In this document: piece by piece, positions 45,971 to 58,195 of the stretch | Layout: every line of letters begins with the position of its first letter | How positions within the stretch are numbered: the first letter of the stretch is position 1 | Assembly: GCA_964016885.1 (NCBI GenBank) | Contig: OZ024744.1 | Coordinates: 7,626,001-7,690,000, forward strand | DNA: 64,000 bases | DNA from: Eledone cirrhosa | Taxonomy: Eukaryota | Direction: 5' to 3' | The notes under the pieces: generated by a model | What the model was told of the DNA's origin: nothing | What the model saw: only the letters and a program-made list of their open reading frames with translations | The model's database searches: none | Translations under genes and position numbers: made by a program

Positions 45971-46359
45971 AAAATCCTGGTTAATGCCTGTCATTAGAAA
46001 TTTAATAACGAAGGGGTTAAGCCACGTGCATTAACAAAACGATAACAACAACAATAACAGACATACATACATACCAACGGATTAGCAACAGTACAATGGA
46101 AGAAAGCAAATTGTAATAACGTAGTTATAAGTGCAGTAATATGAATGGTCATATATAATAACTTATTATTACTAATAAGTTTTATTATTCGCCCAATATT
46201 ACACCAGGCTTTTCTATTTCTGTTTTTTCTGCGTGTTTTTGTTTATATGCTGTATATTTTCAAAATGATTTTAGTTGATCAAACCAATTGCAGTACTTTT
46301 ATTTTTCAAACCTGTTTCAAACATCCACCTAAACTCGCACGTACACACACTGACATGCA

Positions 46360-46417
<58 letters not shown>

Positions 46418-46584
46418 TGTATGTATGTATATATGTATGTTCGCACACAAAGACACACACATATATATATAAATATATATTTCAGAAGATTCCGTATAGT
46501 GGGAAAGTAGAAATTGTTGCTTCAACTTTAATTTGTACTAATAATAAATATATGCAAGCTCCACACTTCTCTCACACACACACA

Positions 46585-46653
<69 letters not shown>

Positions 46654-47007
46654 TGAGAGAGAGGGTAGAGAAATAGGTATATAGTGACTATCTGCTGATT
46701 ATAGTTGACCAACATGTCTGTACGCGAATGTATCTGAACAAACATTTAACATGATATAGACCTTTGTAGTAACTTATTAACACACGCACACACACACACA
46801 CTTATATATATATACACACACACTTATGTGTGTGTATATATATATATATATATATAAGCAAAGGGATATTTAATTTGTTGGTAATTCAACAAATATATAT
46901 ATATTTATAACTGATTTGAAGCACTCGACAAGTTTTCTGGAGTATAATATCAATGATATTAAATAAATGACACTATATTTATAAAACCATATTTATTCTA
47001 TTATATA

Positions 47008-47391
47008 GAGGGGAAAGACAGAGGAGAGCGTGTTTTTCATTACAGGAATTAGTAGTGCGGACACTATTGGCCTTCCACATACTGATGACCCACCGGGCCG
47101 TATTGGAACCCACTAAAATGGCGAAACATGCTCCTGGTGAGTGTGTACATGTGTGATTTAGGTGAGGATGGTTTTTCATTTCAATTTATACTTTTAATTT
47201 TAATGTTTTACCAATGCCTCTAGTAGCTTATATTCTTCTCACGCTGGTGGTTCGAAATTCCTGTAATGAAAGACACACTCTCCTGTGACTTCCCCTCTAT
47301 ATATTGTATTTTAAAGTGGCCAGGAAAACTATTTCTTTTGAGCTTATTTAATTACAGGATTATACGCGAGACTTTGCTCCGTTATTTTTAC
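47008..47391 (+). mobile_element. Nested HHR element with 16-bp target-site duplication
   Basis: TTTATTCTATTATATA at 46992-47007 and 47392-47407. Internal inverted repeat 47002-47050/47256-47302. Confidence 0.7.
47076..47153 (+). ncRNA. HHR-like motif with extra segment between core and stem II
   Basis: CACATa-CTGATGA-cccaccgg-GCCGT...ATGGC-GAAA-CATGCTC ctggt GAGTGTG-TA-cATGTG. Confidence 0.55.
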
Positions 47392-47393
47392 TT

Positions 47394-47454
47394 TATTCTA
47401 TTATATATATTTCAAGGGTACCAAAACTTTGGTACGCTCTCATCAGATAAAATA
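47394..47454 (-). ncRNA. Type I HHR (CUGAUGA), stem III = ATATATAT
   Basis: Reverse complement: TATTTTAT-CTGATGA-GAGcGTACCAAA g TTTTGGTACCCTT-GAAA-TATATA-TA-ATAGAATA. Confidence 0.82.
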
Positions 47455-47574
47455 CAAAGTTTGTTTTATAAATATTGACTTATCCAGGAACGAGGTCTTA
47501 ACGGTTCAAGATTTTCCTGGATAGTCAGGAAAAACTTCTTCCTGGATATGTCAATATTTATAAAACAAACTTAG

Positions 47575-47635
47575 TATTTTATCCGATGAGGGCGTACCAA
47601 AGTTTTGGTACCCTTGAAATATATATAATAGAATA
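47575..47635 (+). ncRNA. Type I HHR copy (CCGAUGA)
   Basis: Inverted copy of 47394-47454. Confidence 0.78.
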
Positions 47636-47673
47636 AATATGGTTTTATAAATACAGTTTCATTTATTTAATAT

Positions 47674-47733
<60 letters not shown>

Positions 47734-48467
47734 TTGTGGCCTACTACCTACCTTCTGGGACCTGTACGTATGTCTGTATGTATGCGAGTGTGGCTGTATG
47801 AGTATGTATGCCTGTTCTTGTGAATGTCTATTCACTTTAAATACACACTGTGTGTCTTAGGAGGTCTGATTGCATATCTCACTCAGTGAATCTATATTCA
47901 TTTTAAATTTTAATTTTACTCACAAACCTGTGAGTGTGTGTGTGTATGTGTGTGTGTGCGTGTGTGTGTGTGTGTGTGTGAGTGTGAGTGTGTGTGTGTG
48001 TGTGTGTATGTGAGGGTGTCTGTCTGTGAGTGTGAGGGAGAGAGTATGTTTGTTTATGTATGTATGTGTGTGTGTGTGTGAATGTAATTGTATGTGTGTA
48101 TTTGCAAATACATATTCAATATAAATGAGCACATTATGCGAAGTACCTTCGTACACATTTCAGAATTAAAGTAGACTTTCCAATAACAAAGATATTATGT
48201 GTTGATTGATATGTAATATTATCTGACCAGTAACTAAACAATACCTCTTTTAAGTGAGGTTATATATAAAGTTAATGTCAAACCATGAAATAATTGCGAT
48301 TACATCGTTAAAAGTGGTAATGGCTTAAAGCACACACTCGTGTGTTCAGAGAGTTTTCGTATGAAAGTTTCCGCTCTCTGCAAACTCTGTAAGGAATCTT
48401 TAAACCATTCTTATCTAACTTCCCATCTTATCACCATTTAAAAATGAATTCGCTGTCATAGACGCTG

Positions 48468-48675
48468 TGTGTGGTTGTGGTTGTGGTTGGTGTTGTTGTT
48501 GTTGTGGTTGGTGTTATGGTTGTGGTTGTAGTTGTGGTTGTGGTTGTTGTTGTGGTTTTTGCTATGGTTGGTGTTACGGTTGAGGTTGTGGTTGGTGTTG
48601 TGGTTGGTGTTGTTGGTGTTGTGGTTGTTGTGGTTGTTGTGGTTGTGGTTGTTGTGGTGGTTGTTGTTGTTGTGG

Positions 48676-48728
<53 letters not shown>

Positions 48729-51700
48729 ATGGTTGTGGTTGTTGTGGTTGGTGTTATGGTTGGTGTTGTGGTTGTGGTTGTTGTTGTGGTTGGTGATGTG
48801 GTTGTGGTTGGTGTTGTGGTTGTTGTTTTGGTTGGTGTTATGGTTGTGGTTGGTGTTGTGGTTGTGGTTGTTGTTGTGGTTGGTGTTGTGGTTGTGGTTG
48901 GTGTTGTGGTTGTTGTTTTGGTTGGTGTTATGGTTGTGGTTGGTGTTGTGGTTGTGGTTGTTGTGGTTGTTGTTGTGGTTGGTGTTGTGGTTGCGGTTGT
49001 TGTTTTAGTTGGTGTTGTGGTTCTGGTTGTTGTTGTGGTTGGTGTTGTTGTTGTGGTTGGTGTTATGGTTGTGGTTGTTGTGGTTGGTGTTGTGGTTGGT
49101 GTTGTGGTTGTGGTTGTTGTTGTGGTTGGTGTTGTGGTTGTTGTTTTGGTTGGTGTTATGGTTGTGGTTGTTGTTATGGTAGTGGTTGTTGTTGTGGTTG
49201 GTGTTATGGTTGTGGCTGTCGTGGTTGTTGTTATGGTTGTGGTTGTTGTTGTTGGTGTTGTGGTTGCGGTTGTTGTTGTGGTTGGTGTTGTGGTTGTTGT
49301 TGGTGTTGTGGTTGTTGTTTTGGTTGGTGTTATGGTTGTGGTTGTTGTGGTTGTTGTTGTGGTTGGTGTTGTGGTTGTGGTTGTTGTTGTGGTTGGTGTT
49401 GTGGTTGTGGTTGTTGTTGTGGTTGGTGTTGTGGTTGCGGTTGTTGTTTTGGTTGGTGTTGTGGTTCTGGTTGTTGTTGTGGTTGGTGTTGTGGTTGTGG
49501 TTGTTGTTGTGGTTGGTGTTGTTGTTGTGGTTGGTGTTAAGGTTGTGGTTGTTGTGGTTGGTGTTGTGGTTGTGGTTGTTATTGTGGTTGGTGTTGTGGT
49601 TGTTGTTTTGGTTGCTGTTATGGTTGTGGTTGTTGTGGTTGGTGTTGTGGTCGTGGTTGTTGTTGGTGTTATGGTTGTGGTTGTTGTGGTTGGTGTTGTG
49701 GTTTGTGTTATGGTTGTGGTTGTTGTGGTTGGTGTTGTGGTTGGTGTTATGATTGAGGTTGTTGTTTTGGTTGGTGTTGTGGTTCTGGTTGTTGTTGTGG
49801 TTGTGGTTGTGGTTGTTGTGATTGGAGTTGTGATTGTGGTTGTTGTTGTGGTTGGTGTTATGGTTGTGGTTGGAGTTATGGTTGGTGTTGTGGTTGTTGT
49901 TATGGTTGTTGGTTGGTGTTGTGGTTGGTGTTGTGGTTGTGGTTGTTGTTGTGGTTGGTGTTATGGTTGTGGGTGTTGTTGGTGTTGTGGTTGTGGTTGG
50001 TGTTGTGGATGGTGTTGTGGTTGGTGTTATGGTTGTGGTCGTTGTGGTTGTTGTTGTGGTTGGTGTTATGGTTGTGGCTGTTGTTGTGGTTGGTGTTATG
50101 GTTGTGGGTGTTGTTGGTGTTGTGGTTGTGGTTGGTGTTGTGGTTGGTATTGTGGTTGGTGTTATGGTTGTGGTCGTTGTTGTGGTTGGTGTTCTGGTTG
50201 TTGGTTGGTGTTGTGCTTGGTGTTGTGGTTGGTGTTGTGGTTGTGGTTGTTGTTGTGGTTGGTGTTATGGTTGTGGGTGTTGTTGGTGTTGTTGTTGTGG
50301 TTGGTGTTGTGGTTGGTGTTGTGGTTGGTGTTGTGGTTGGTGTTATGGTTGTGGTTGTTGTGGTTGTTGTTGTGGTTGGTGTTATGGTTGTGGCTGTTGT
50401 GGTTGGTGTTATGGTTGTGGGTGTTGTTGGTGTTGTGGTTGGTGTTGTGGTTGGTGTTGTGGTTGCGGTTGTTGTTTTAGTTGGTGTTGTGGTTCTGGTT
50501 GTTGTTGTGGTTGGTGTTGTTGTTGTGGTTGGTGTTATGGTTGTGGTTGTTGTGGTTGGTGTTGTGGTTGGTGTTGTGGTTGTGGTTGTTGTTGTGGTTG
50601 GTGTTGTGGTTGTTGTTTTGGTTGGTGTTATGGTTGTGGTTGTTGTTATGGTAGTGGTTGTTGTTGTGGTTGGTGTTATGGTTGTGGCTGTCGTGGTTGT
50701 TGTTATGGTTGTGGTTGTTGTTGTTGGTGTTGTGGTTGCGGTTGTTGTTGTGGTTGTTGTTGGTGTTGTGGTTGTGGTTTTGGTTGGTGTTATGGTTGTG
50801 GTTGTTGTGGTTGTTGTTGTGGTTGGTGTTGTGGTTGTGGTTGTTGTTGTGGTTGGTGTTGTTGTTGTGGTTGGTGTTAAGGTTGTGGTTGTTGTGGTTG
50901 GTGTTGTGGTTGGTGTTGTGGTTGTGGTTGTTGTTGTGGTTGGTGTTGTGGTTGTTGTTTTGGTTGCTGTTATGGTTGTGGTTGTTGTGGTTGGTGTTGT
51001 GGTCGTGGTTGTTGTTGGTGTTATGGTTGTGGTTGTTGTGGTTGGTGTTGTGGTTGTGGTTGTTGTGGTTGGTGTTGTGGTTGGTGTTATGGTTGTGGTT
51101 GTTGTTTTGGTTGGTGTTGTGGTTCTGGTTGTTGTTGTGGTTGGTGTTGTGGTTGTGGTTGTTGTGATTGGAGTTGTGATTGTGGTTGTTGTTGTGGTTG
51201 GTGTTATGGTTGTGGTTGTTGTGGTTGGAGTTATGGTTGGTGTTGTGGTTGGTGTTATGGTTGTTGGTTGGTGTTGGGGTTGGTGTTGTGGTTGTGGTTG
51301 TTGTTGTGGATGGTGTTATGGTTGTGGGTGTTGTTGGTGTTGTGGTTGTGGTTGGTGTTGTGGATGGTGTTGTGGTTGGTGTTATGGTTGTGGTCGTTGT
51401 GGTTGTTGTTGTGGTTGGTGTTATGGTCGTGGCTGTTGTTGTGGTTGGTGTTATGGTTGTGGGTGTTGTTGGTGTTGTGGTTGGTATTGTAGTTGGTGTT
51501 ATGGTTGTGGTCGTTGTTGTGGTTGGTGTTCTGGTTGTTGGTTGGTGTTGTGTTTGGTGTTGTGGTTGGTGTTGTGGTTGTGGTTGTTGTTGTGGTTGGT
51601 GTTATGGTTGTGGGTGTTGTTGGTGTTGTGGTTGTGGTTGTTGTTGTGGTTGGTGTTGTGGTTGGTGTTGTGGTTGGTGTTATGGTTGTGGTTGTTGTGG

Positions 51701-54700
51701 TTGTTGTTGTGGTTGGTGTTATGGTTGTGGCTGTTGTGGTTGGTGTTATGGTTGTGGGTGTTGTTGGTGTTGTGGTTGGTGTTGTGGTTGGTGTTATGGT
51801 TGTGGTCGTTGTTGTGGTTGGTGTTCTGGTTGTTGGTTGGTGTTGTGCTTGGTGTTGTGGTTGTGGTTGTTGTTGTGGTTGGTGTTGTGGTTTGTGTTAT
51901 GGTTGTGGGTGTTGTTGGTGTTGTGGTTGTGGTTGGTGTTGTGGTTGGTGTTATGGTTGTGGGTGTTGTTGGTGTTGTGGTTGTGGTTGGTGTTGTGGTT
52001 GTTGTTGTGGTTGGTGTTATGGTTGTGGTTGTTGTTGTGGTTGTGGTTGGTGTTATGGATGTGGTTGTTGTTATGGTTGTGGTTGTTGTTATGGTTGTGG
52101 TTGTTGTTGTGGTTGGTGTTATGAATGTGGTTGCTGTTATGGTTGTGGTTGTTGTTGTGGTTGGTGTTATGGTTGTGGTTGTTGTTGTGGTTGGTGTCAT
52201 GGATGTGGTTGTTGTTATAGTTGTGGTTGTTGTTGTGGTTGGTGTTATGGATGTGGTTGTTGTTATGGTTGTGGTTGTTGTTGTAGTTGGTGTTATGGTT
52301 GTGGTTGTTGTTATGGTTGTGGTTGTTGTTGTGGTTGGTGTTATGGTTGTGGTTGTTGTTGTGGTTGGTGTTATGGATGTGGTTGTTGTTATGGTTGTGG
52401 TTGTTGTTGTGGTTGTTGTTGTGGTTGGTGTTGTGGTTGTGGTTGTTGTTATGGTTGTGGTTGTTGTTGTGGTTGGTGTCATGGATGTGGTTGTTGTTAT
52501 GGTTGTGGTTGTTGTGGTTGGTGTTATGTATGTGGTTGCTGTTATGGTTGTGGTTGTTGTTGTGGTTGGTGTTATGGTTGTGGTTGTTGTTTTGGTTGTG
52601 GTTGGTGTTGTGGTTGGTGTTATGGTTGTAGTTGTTGTGGTTGCTGTTGTGGTTTGTGTTATGGTTGTGGTTGTTGTGGTTGTTGTTGTGGTTGGTGTTG
52701 TGGTTGTGGTTGTTGTTTTGGTTAGTGTTATGGATGTGGTTGTTGTTATGGTTGTGTTTGTTGTTGTGGTTGGTGTTATGGTTGTGGTTGTTATGGTTGT
52801 TGTTGTGGTTGGTGTTGTGGTTGTTGTTTTGGTTGGTGTTATGGTTGTTGTTATGGTAGTGGTTGTTGTTGTGGTGGGTGTTATGGTTGTGGCTGTCGTG
52901 GTTGTTGTTATGGTTGTGGTTGTTGTTGTTGGTCATGTGGTTGCAGTTGTTGTTGTTGGTGTTGTGGTTGTGGTTGTCGTTGTTGGTGTTGTGGTTGGTG
53001 TTATGGTTGTTAGTTGGTGTTGTGGTTTGTGTTGTGGTTGGTGTTGTGGTTGTGGTTGTTGTTGTGGTTGGTATTATGGTTGTGGGTGTTGTTGGTGTTG
53101 TGGTTGTGGTTGGTGTTGTGGATGGTGTTGTGGTTGGTGTTATGGTTGTGGTCGTTGTGGTTGTTGTTGTGGTTGGTGTTATGCTTGTGGCTGTTGTTGT
53201 GGTTGGTGTTATGGTTGTAGGTGTTGTTGGTGTTGTGGTTGTGGTTGGTGTTGTGGTTGGTATTGTGGTTGGTGTTATGGTTGTGGTCATTGTTGTGGTT
53301 GGTGTTCTGGTTGTTGGTTGGTGTTGTGGTTGGTGTTGTGGTTGGTGTTGTGGTTGTGGTTGTTGTTGTGGTTGGTGTTATGGTTGTGGGTGTTGTTGGT
53401 GTTGTGGTTGTGGTTGTTGTTGTGTTTGGTGTTGTGGTTGGTGTTATGGTTGTGGTTGTTGTGGTTGTTGTTGTGGTTGGTGTTATGGTTGTGGCTGTTG
53501 TTGTGGTGGGTGTTGTTGGTGTTGTGGTTGTGGTTGGTGTTGTGGTTGGTGATATGGTTGTGGTCGTTGTTGTGGTTGGTGTTCTGGTTGTTGGTTGGTG
53601 TTGTGCTTGGTGTTGTGGTTGTAGTTGTTGTTGTGGTTGGTGTTGTGGTTGGTGTTATGGTTGTGGGTGTTGTTGGTGTTGTGGTTGTGGTTGGTGTTGT
53701 GGTTGGTGTTGTGGTTGTTGTTGTGGTTGTGGTTGTTCTTATGGTTGTGGTTGTTGTTGTGGTTGGTGTTATGGTTGTGGTTGTTGTTGTGGTTGTGGTT
53801 GGTGTTATGGATGTGGTTGTTGTTATGGTTGTGGTTGTTGTTGTGGTTGTTGTTGTGGTTGGTGTTGTGGTTGTGGTTGTTGTTATGGTTGTGGTTATTG
53901 TTGTGGTTGGTGTTATGGTTGTGGTTGTTGTTATGGTTGTGGTTGTTGTTGTGGTTGGTGTTATGGTTGTGGTTGTTGTTATGGTTGTGGTTGTTGTTGT
54001 GGTTGGTGTTATGGATGTGGTTGTTGTTATGGTTGTGGTTGTTGTTGTGGTTGGTGTTATGGATGTGGTTGTTGTTATGGTTGTAGTTGTTGTTGTGGTA
54101 GGTGTTATGGATGTGGTTGTTGTTATGGTTGTGGTTGTTGTTGTTGGTGTTATGGTTGTGGTTGTGGTTGTTGTTGTGGTTGATGTTATGGTTGTGGTTG
54201 TTGTTGTGGTTGTGGTTGGTGTTGTGGTTGGTGTTATGGTTGTGGTTGTTGTTGTGGTTGGTGTTATGGATGTGGTTGTTGTTATGGTTGTGGTTGTTGT
54301 TGTGGTTGGTGTTATGGATGTGGTTGTTGTTATGGTTGTAGTTGTTGTTGTGGTAGGTGTTATGGATGTGGTTGTTGTTATGGTTGTGGTTGTTGTTGTT
54401 GTTGGTGTTATGGTTGTGGTTGTGGTTGGTGTTATGGTTGTGGTTGTTGTTGTGGTTGTGGTTGGTGTTGTGGTTGGTATTATGGTTGTAGTTGTTGTGG
54501 TTGCTGTTGTGGTTTGTGTTATGGTTGTGGTTGTTGTGGTTGTTGTTGTGGTTGGTGTTATGGTTGTGGTTGTTGTTGTGGTTGGTGTTATGGATGTGGT
54601 TGTTGTTATGGTTGTGGTTGTTGTGGTTGGTGTTATGGATGTGGTTGTTGTTATGGTTGTGGTTGTTGTGGTTGGTGTTATGGATGTGGTTGTTGTTATG

Positions 54701-55466
54701 GTTGTGGTTGTTGTTGTGGTTGTTGTTATGGTTGTGGTTGTTGTTGTGGTTGGTGTTATGGATGTGGTTGTTGTTATGGTTGTGGTTGTTGTGGTTGGTG
54801 TTATGGATGTGGTTGTTGTTATGGTTGTGGTTGTTGTTGTGGTTGGCGTTATGGATGTGGTTGCTGTTATGGTTGTGGTTGTTGTTGTGGTTGGTGTTAT
54901 GGTTGTGGTTGTTGATGTGGTTGTGGTTGGTGTTGTGGTTGGTGTTATGGTTGTAGTTGTTGTGGTTGCTGTTGTGGTTTGTGTTATGGTTTTGGTTGTT
55001 GTGGTTGTTGTTGTGGTTGGTGTTATGGTTGTGGCTGTTGTTGTGGTTGTGGTTGTTTGTGTGGTTGGTGTTGTGGTTGTGGTTGTTGTTTTGGTTGGTG
55101 TTATGGATGTGGTTGTTGTGGTTGGTGTTATGGTTGTGGTTGTTATGGTTGTTGTTGTGGTTTGTGTTGTGGTTGGTGTTGTGGATGTGGTTGTGGTTTT
55201 GTTTGGTGTTATGGTTGTGGTTATTGTGGATGTTGTTGTGGTTGGTGTTGTGGTTGGTGTTGTGGTTGTGGTTGTTGTTGTGTATGGTGTAGTGGTTGTG
55301 GTTGTTGTCTTGGTTGGTGTTATGGTTGTGGTTGTAGTTGTGGTTGTGGTTGTTGTTGTGGTTTTTGCTGTGGTTGGTGTTACGGTTGTGGTAGTGGTTG
55401 GTGTTGTGGTTGGTGTTGTTGGTGTTGTGGTTGTTGTGGTTGTTGTGGTTGTGGTTGTTGTGCTGG

Positions 55467-55498
<32 letters not shown>

Positions 55499-58153
55499 AT
55501 GGTTGTGGTTGTTGTGGTTGGTGTTATGGTTGGTGTTGTGGTTGTGATTGTTGTTGTGGTTGGTGTTGTGGTTGTGGTTCGTGTTGTGGTTGTTGTTTTG
55601 GTTGGTGTTATGGTTGTGGTTGGTTTTGTGGTTGTGGTTGTTGTGGTTGTTGTTGTGGTTGGTGTTGTGGTTGCAGTTGTTGTTTTAGTTGGTGTTGTGG
55701 TTCTGGTTGTTGTTGTGGTTGGTGTTGTTGTTGTGGTTGGTGTTATGGTTGTGGTTGTTGTGGTTGGTGTTGTGGTTGGTGTTGTGGTTGTGGTTGTTGT
55801 TGTGGTTGGTGTTGTGGTTGTTGTTTTGGTTGGTGTTATGGTTGTGGTTGTTGTTATGGTAGTGGTTGTTGTTATGGTTGTGGTTGTTCTTGTTGGTGTT
55901 GTGGTTGCGGTTGTTGTTGTGGTTGCTGTTGTGGTTGTGGTTGTTGTGGTTGTTGTTGGTGTTGTGGTTGTTGTTTTTGTTGGTGTTATGGTTGTGGTTG
56001 TTGTGGTTGTTGTTGTGGTTGGTGTTGTGGTTGCGGTTGTTGTATTGGTTGGTGTTGTGGTTCTGGTTGTTGTTGTGGTTGGTGTTGTGGTTGTGGTTGT
56101 TGTTGTGGTTGGTGTTGTTGTTGTGGTTGGTGTTAAGGTTGTGGTTGTTGTGGTTGGTGTTGTGGTTGGTGTTGTGGTTGGTGTTGTGGTTGTGGTTGTT
56201 GTTGTGGTTGGTGTTATGGTTGTGGGTGTTGTTGGTGTTGTGGTTGTGGTTGTTGTTGTGGTTGGTGTTGTGGTTGGTGTTATGGTTGTGGTTGTTGTGG
56301 TTGTTGTTGTGGTTGGTGTTATGGTTGTGGCTGTTGTTGTGGTGGGTGTTGTTGGTGTTGTGGTTGTGGTTGGTGTTGTGGTTGGTGATATGGTTGTGGT
56401 CGTTGTTGTGGTTGGTGTTCTGGTTGTTGGTTGGTGTTGTGCTTGGTGTTGTGGTTGTGGTTGTTGTTGTGGTTGGTGTTGTGGTTGGTGTTATGGTTGT
56501 GGGTGTTGTTGGTGTTGTGTTTGTGGTTGGTGTTGTGGTTGGTGTTGTGGTTGTTGTTGTGGTTGTGGTTGTTCTTATGGTTGTGGTTGTTGTTGTGGTT
56601 GGTGTTATGGTTGTGGTTGTTGTTGTGGTTGTGGTTGGTGTTATGGATGTGGTTGTTGTTATGGTTGTGGTTGTTGTTGAGGTTGTTGTTGTGGTTGGTG
56701 TTGTGGTTGTGGTTGTTGTTATGGTTGTGGTTGTTGTTGTGGTTGGTGTTATGGATGTGGTTGTTGTTATGGTTGTGGTTGTTGTTGTGGTTGGTGTTAT
56801 GGATGTGGTTGTTGTTATGGTTGTAGTTGTTGTGGTAGGTGTTATGGATGTGGTTGTTGTTATGGTTGTGGTTGTTGTTGTTGGTGTTATGGTTGTGGTT
56901 GTGGTTGTTGTTGTGGTTGATGTTATGGTTGTGGTTGTTGTTGTGGTTGTGGTTGGTTTTGTGGTTGGTGTTAAGGTTGTGGTTGTTGTTATGGTTGTGG
57001 TTGTTGTTGTGGTTGGTGTTATGGATGTGGTTGTTGTTATGGTTGTGGTTGTTGTTGTGGTTGGTGTTATGGATGTGGTTGTTGTTATGGTTGTAGTTGT
57101 TGTTGTGGTAGGTGTTATGGATGTGGTTGTGGTTATGGTTGTGGTTGTTGTTGTTGTTGGTGTTATGGTTGTGGTTGTGGTTGGTGTTATGGTTGTGGTT
57201 GTTGTTGTGGTTGTGGTTGGTGTTGTGGTTGGTGTTATGGTTGTAGTTGTTGTGGTTGCTGTTGTGGTTTGTGTTATGGTTGTGGTTGTTGTGGTTGTTG
57301 TTGTGGTTGGTGTTATGGTTGTGGTTGTTGTTGTGGTTGGTGTTATGGATGTGGTTGTTGTTATGGTTGTGGTTGTTGTGGTTGGTGTTATGGATGTGGT
57401 TGTTGTTATGGTTGTGGTTGTGGTTGTGGTTGTTGTTATGGTTGTGGTTGTTGTTGTGGTTGGTGTTATGGATGTGGTTGTTGTTATGGTTGTGGTTGTT
57501 GTGGTTGGTGTTATGGATGTGGTTGTTGTTATGGTTGTGGTTGTTTTTGTGGTTGGTGTTATGGATGTGGTTGCTATTATGGTTGTGGTTGTTGTTGTGG
57601 TTGGTGTTATGGTTGTGGTTGTTGATGTGGTTGTGGTTGGTGTTATGGTTGTAGTTGTTGTGGTTGCTGTTGTGGTTTGTGTTATGGTTTTGGTTGTTGT
57701 GGTTGTTGTTGTGGTTGGTGTTATGGTTGTGGCTGTTGTTGTGGTTGTGGTTGTTGTTGTGGTTGGTGTTGTGGTTGTGGTTGTTGTTTTGGTTGGTGTT
57801 ATGGTTGTGGTTGTTGTGGTTGGTGTTATGGTTGTGGTTGTTATGGTTGTTGTTGTGGTTGGTGTTGTGGTTGGTGTTGTGGATGTGGTTGTGGTTTTGT
57901 TTGGTGTTATGGTTGTGGTTATTGTGGATGTTGTTGTGGTTGGTGTTGTGGTTGGTGTTGTGGTTGTGGTTGTTGTTGTGTATGGTGTAGTGGTTGTGGT
58001 TGTTGTCTTGGTTGGTGTTATGGTTGTGGTTGTGGTTGTTGTTGTGGTTTTTTTGTGGTTGGTGTTACGGTTGTGGTAGTGGTTGGTGTTGTGGTTGGTG
58101 TTGTTGGTGTTGTGGTTGTTGTGGTTGTTGTGGTTGTGGTTGTTGTGCTGGTT

Positions 58154-58195
<42 letters not shown>

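Larger units (their letters stand above)
46855..47678. mobile_element. Asymmetric fold-back HHR element interrupted by a nested insertion
   Basis: Right arm 47539-47677. Left arm split into 46952-47007 and 47392-47490. Left boundary approximate. Confidence 0.75.

Noticed and set aside
46979-47179. Possible host exon (66-aa minus-strand ORF)
   Set aside because: Lies within the nested HHR element; no protein motif or convincing splice sites.
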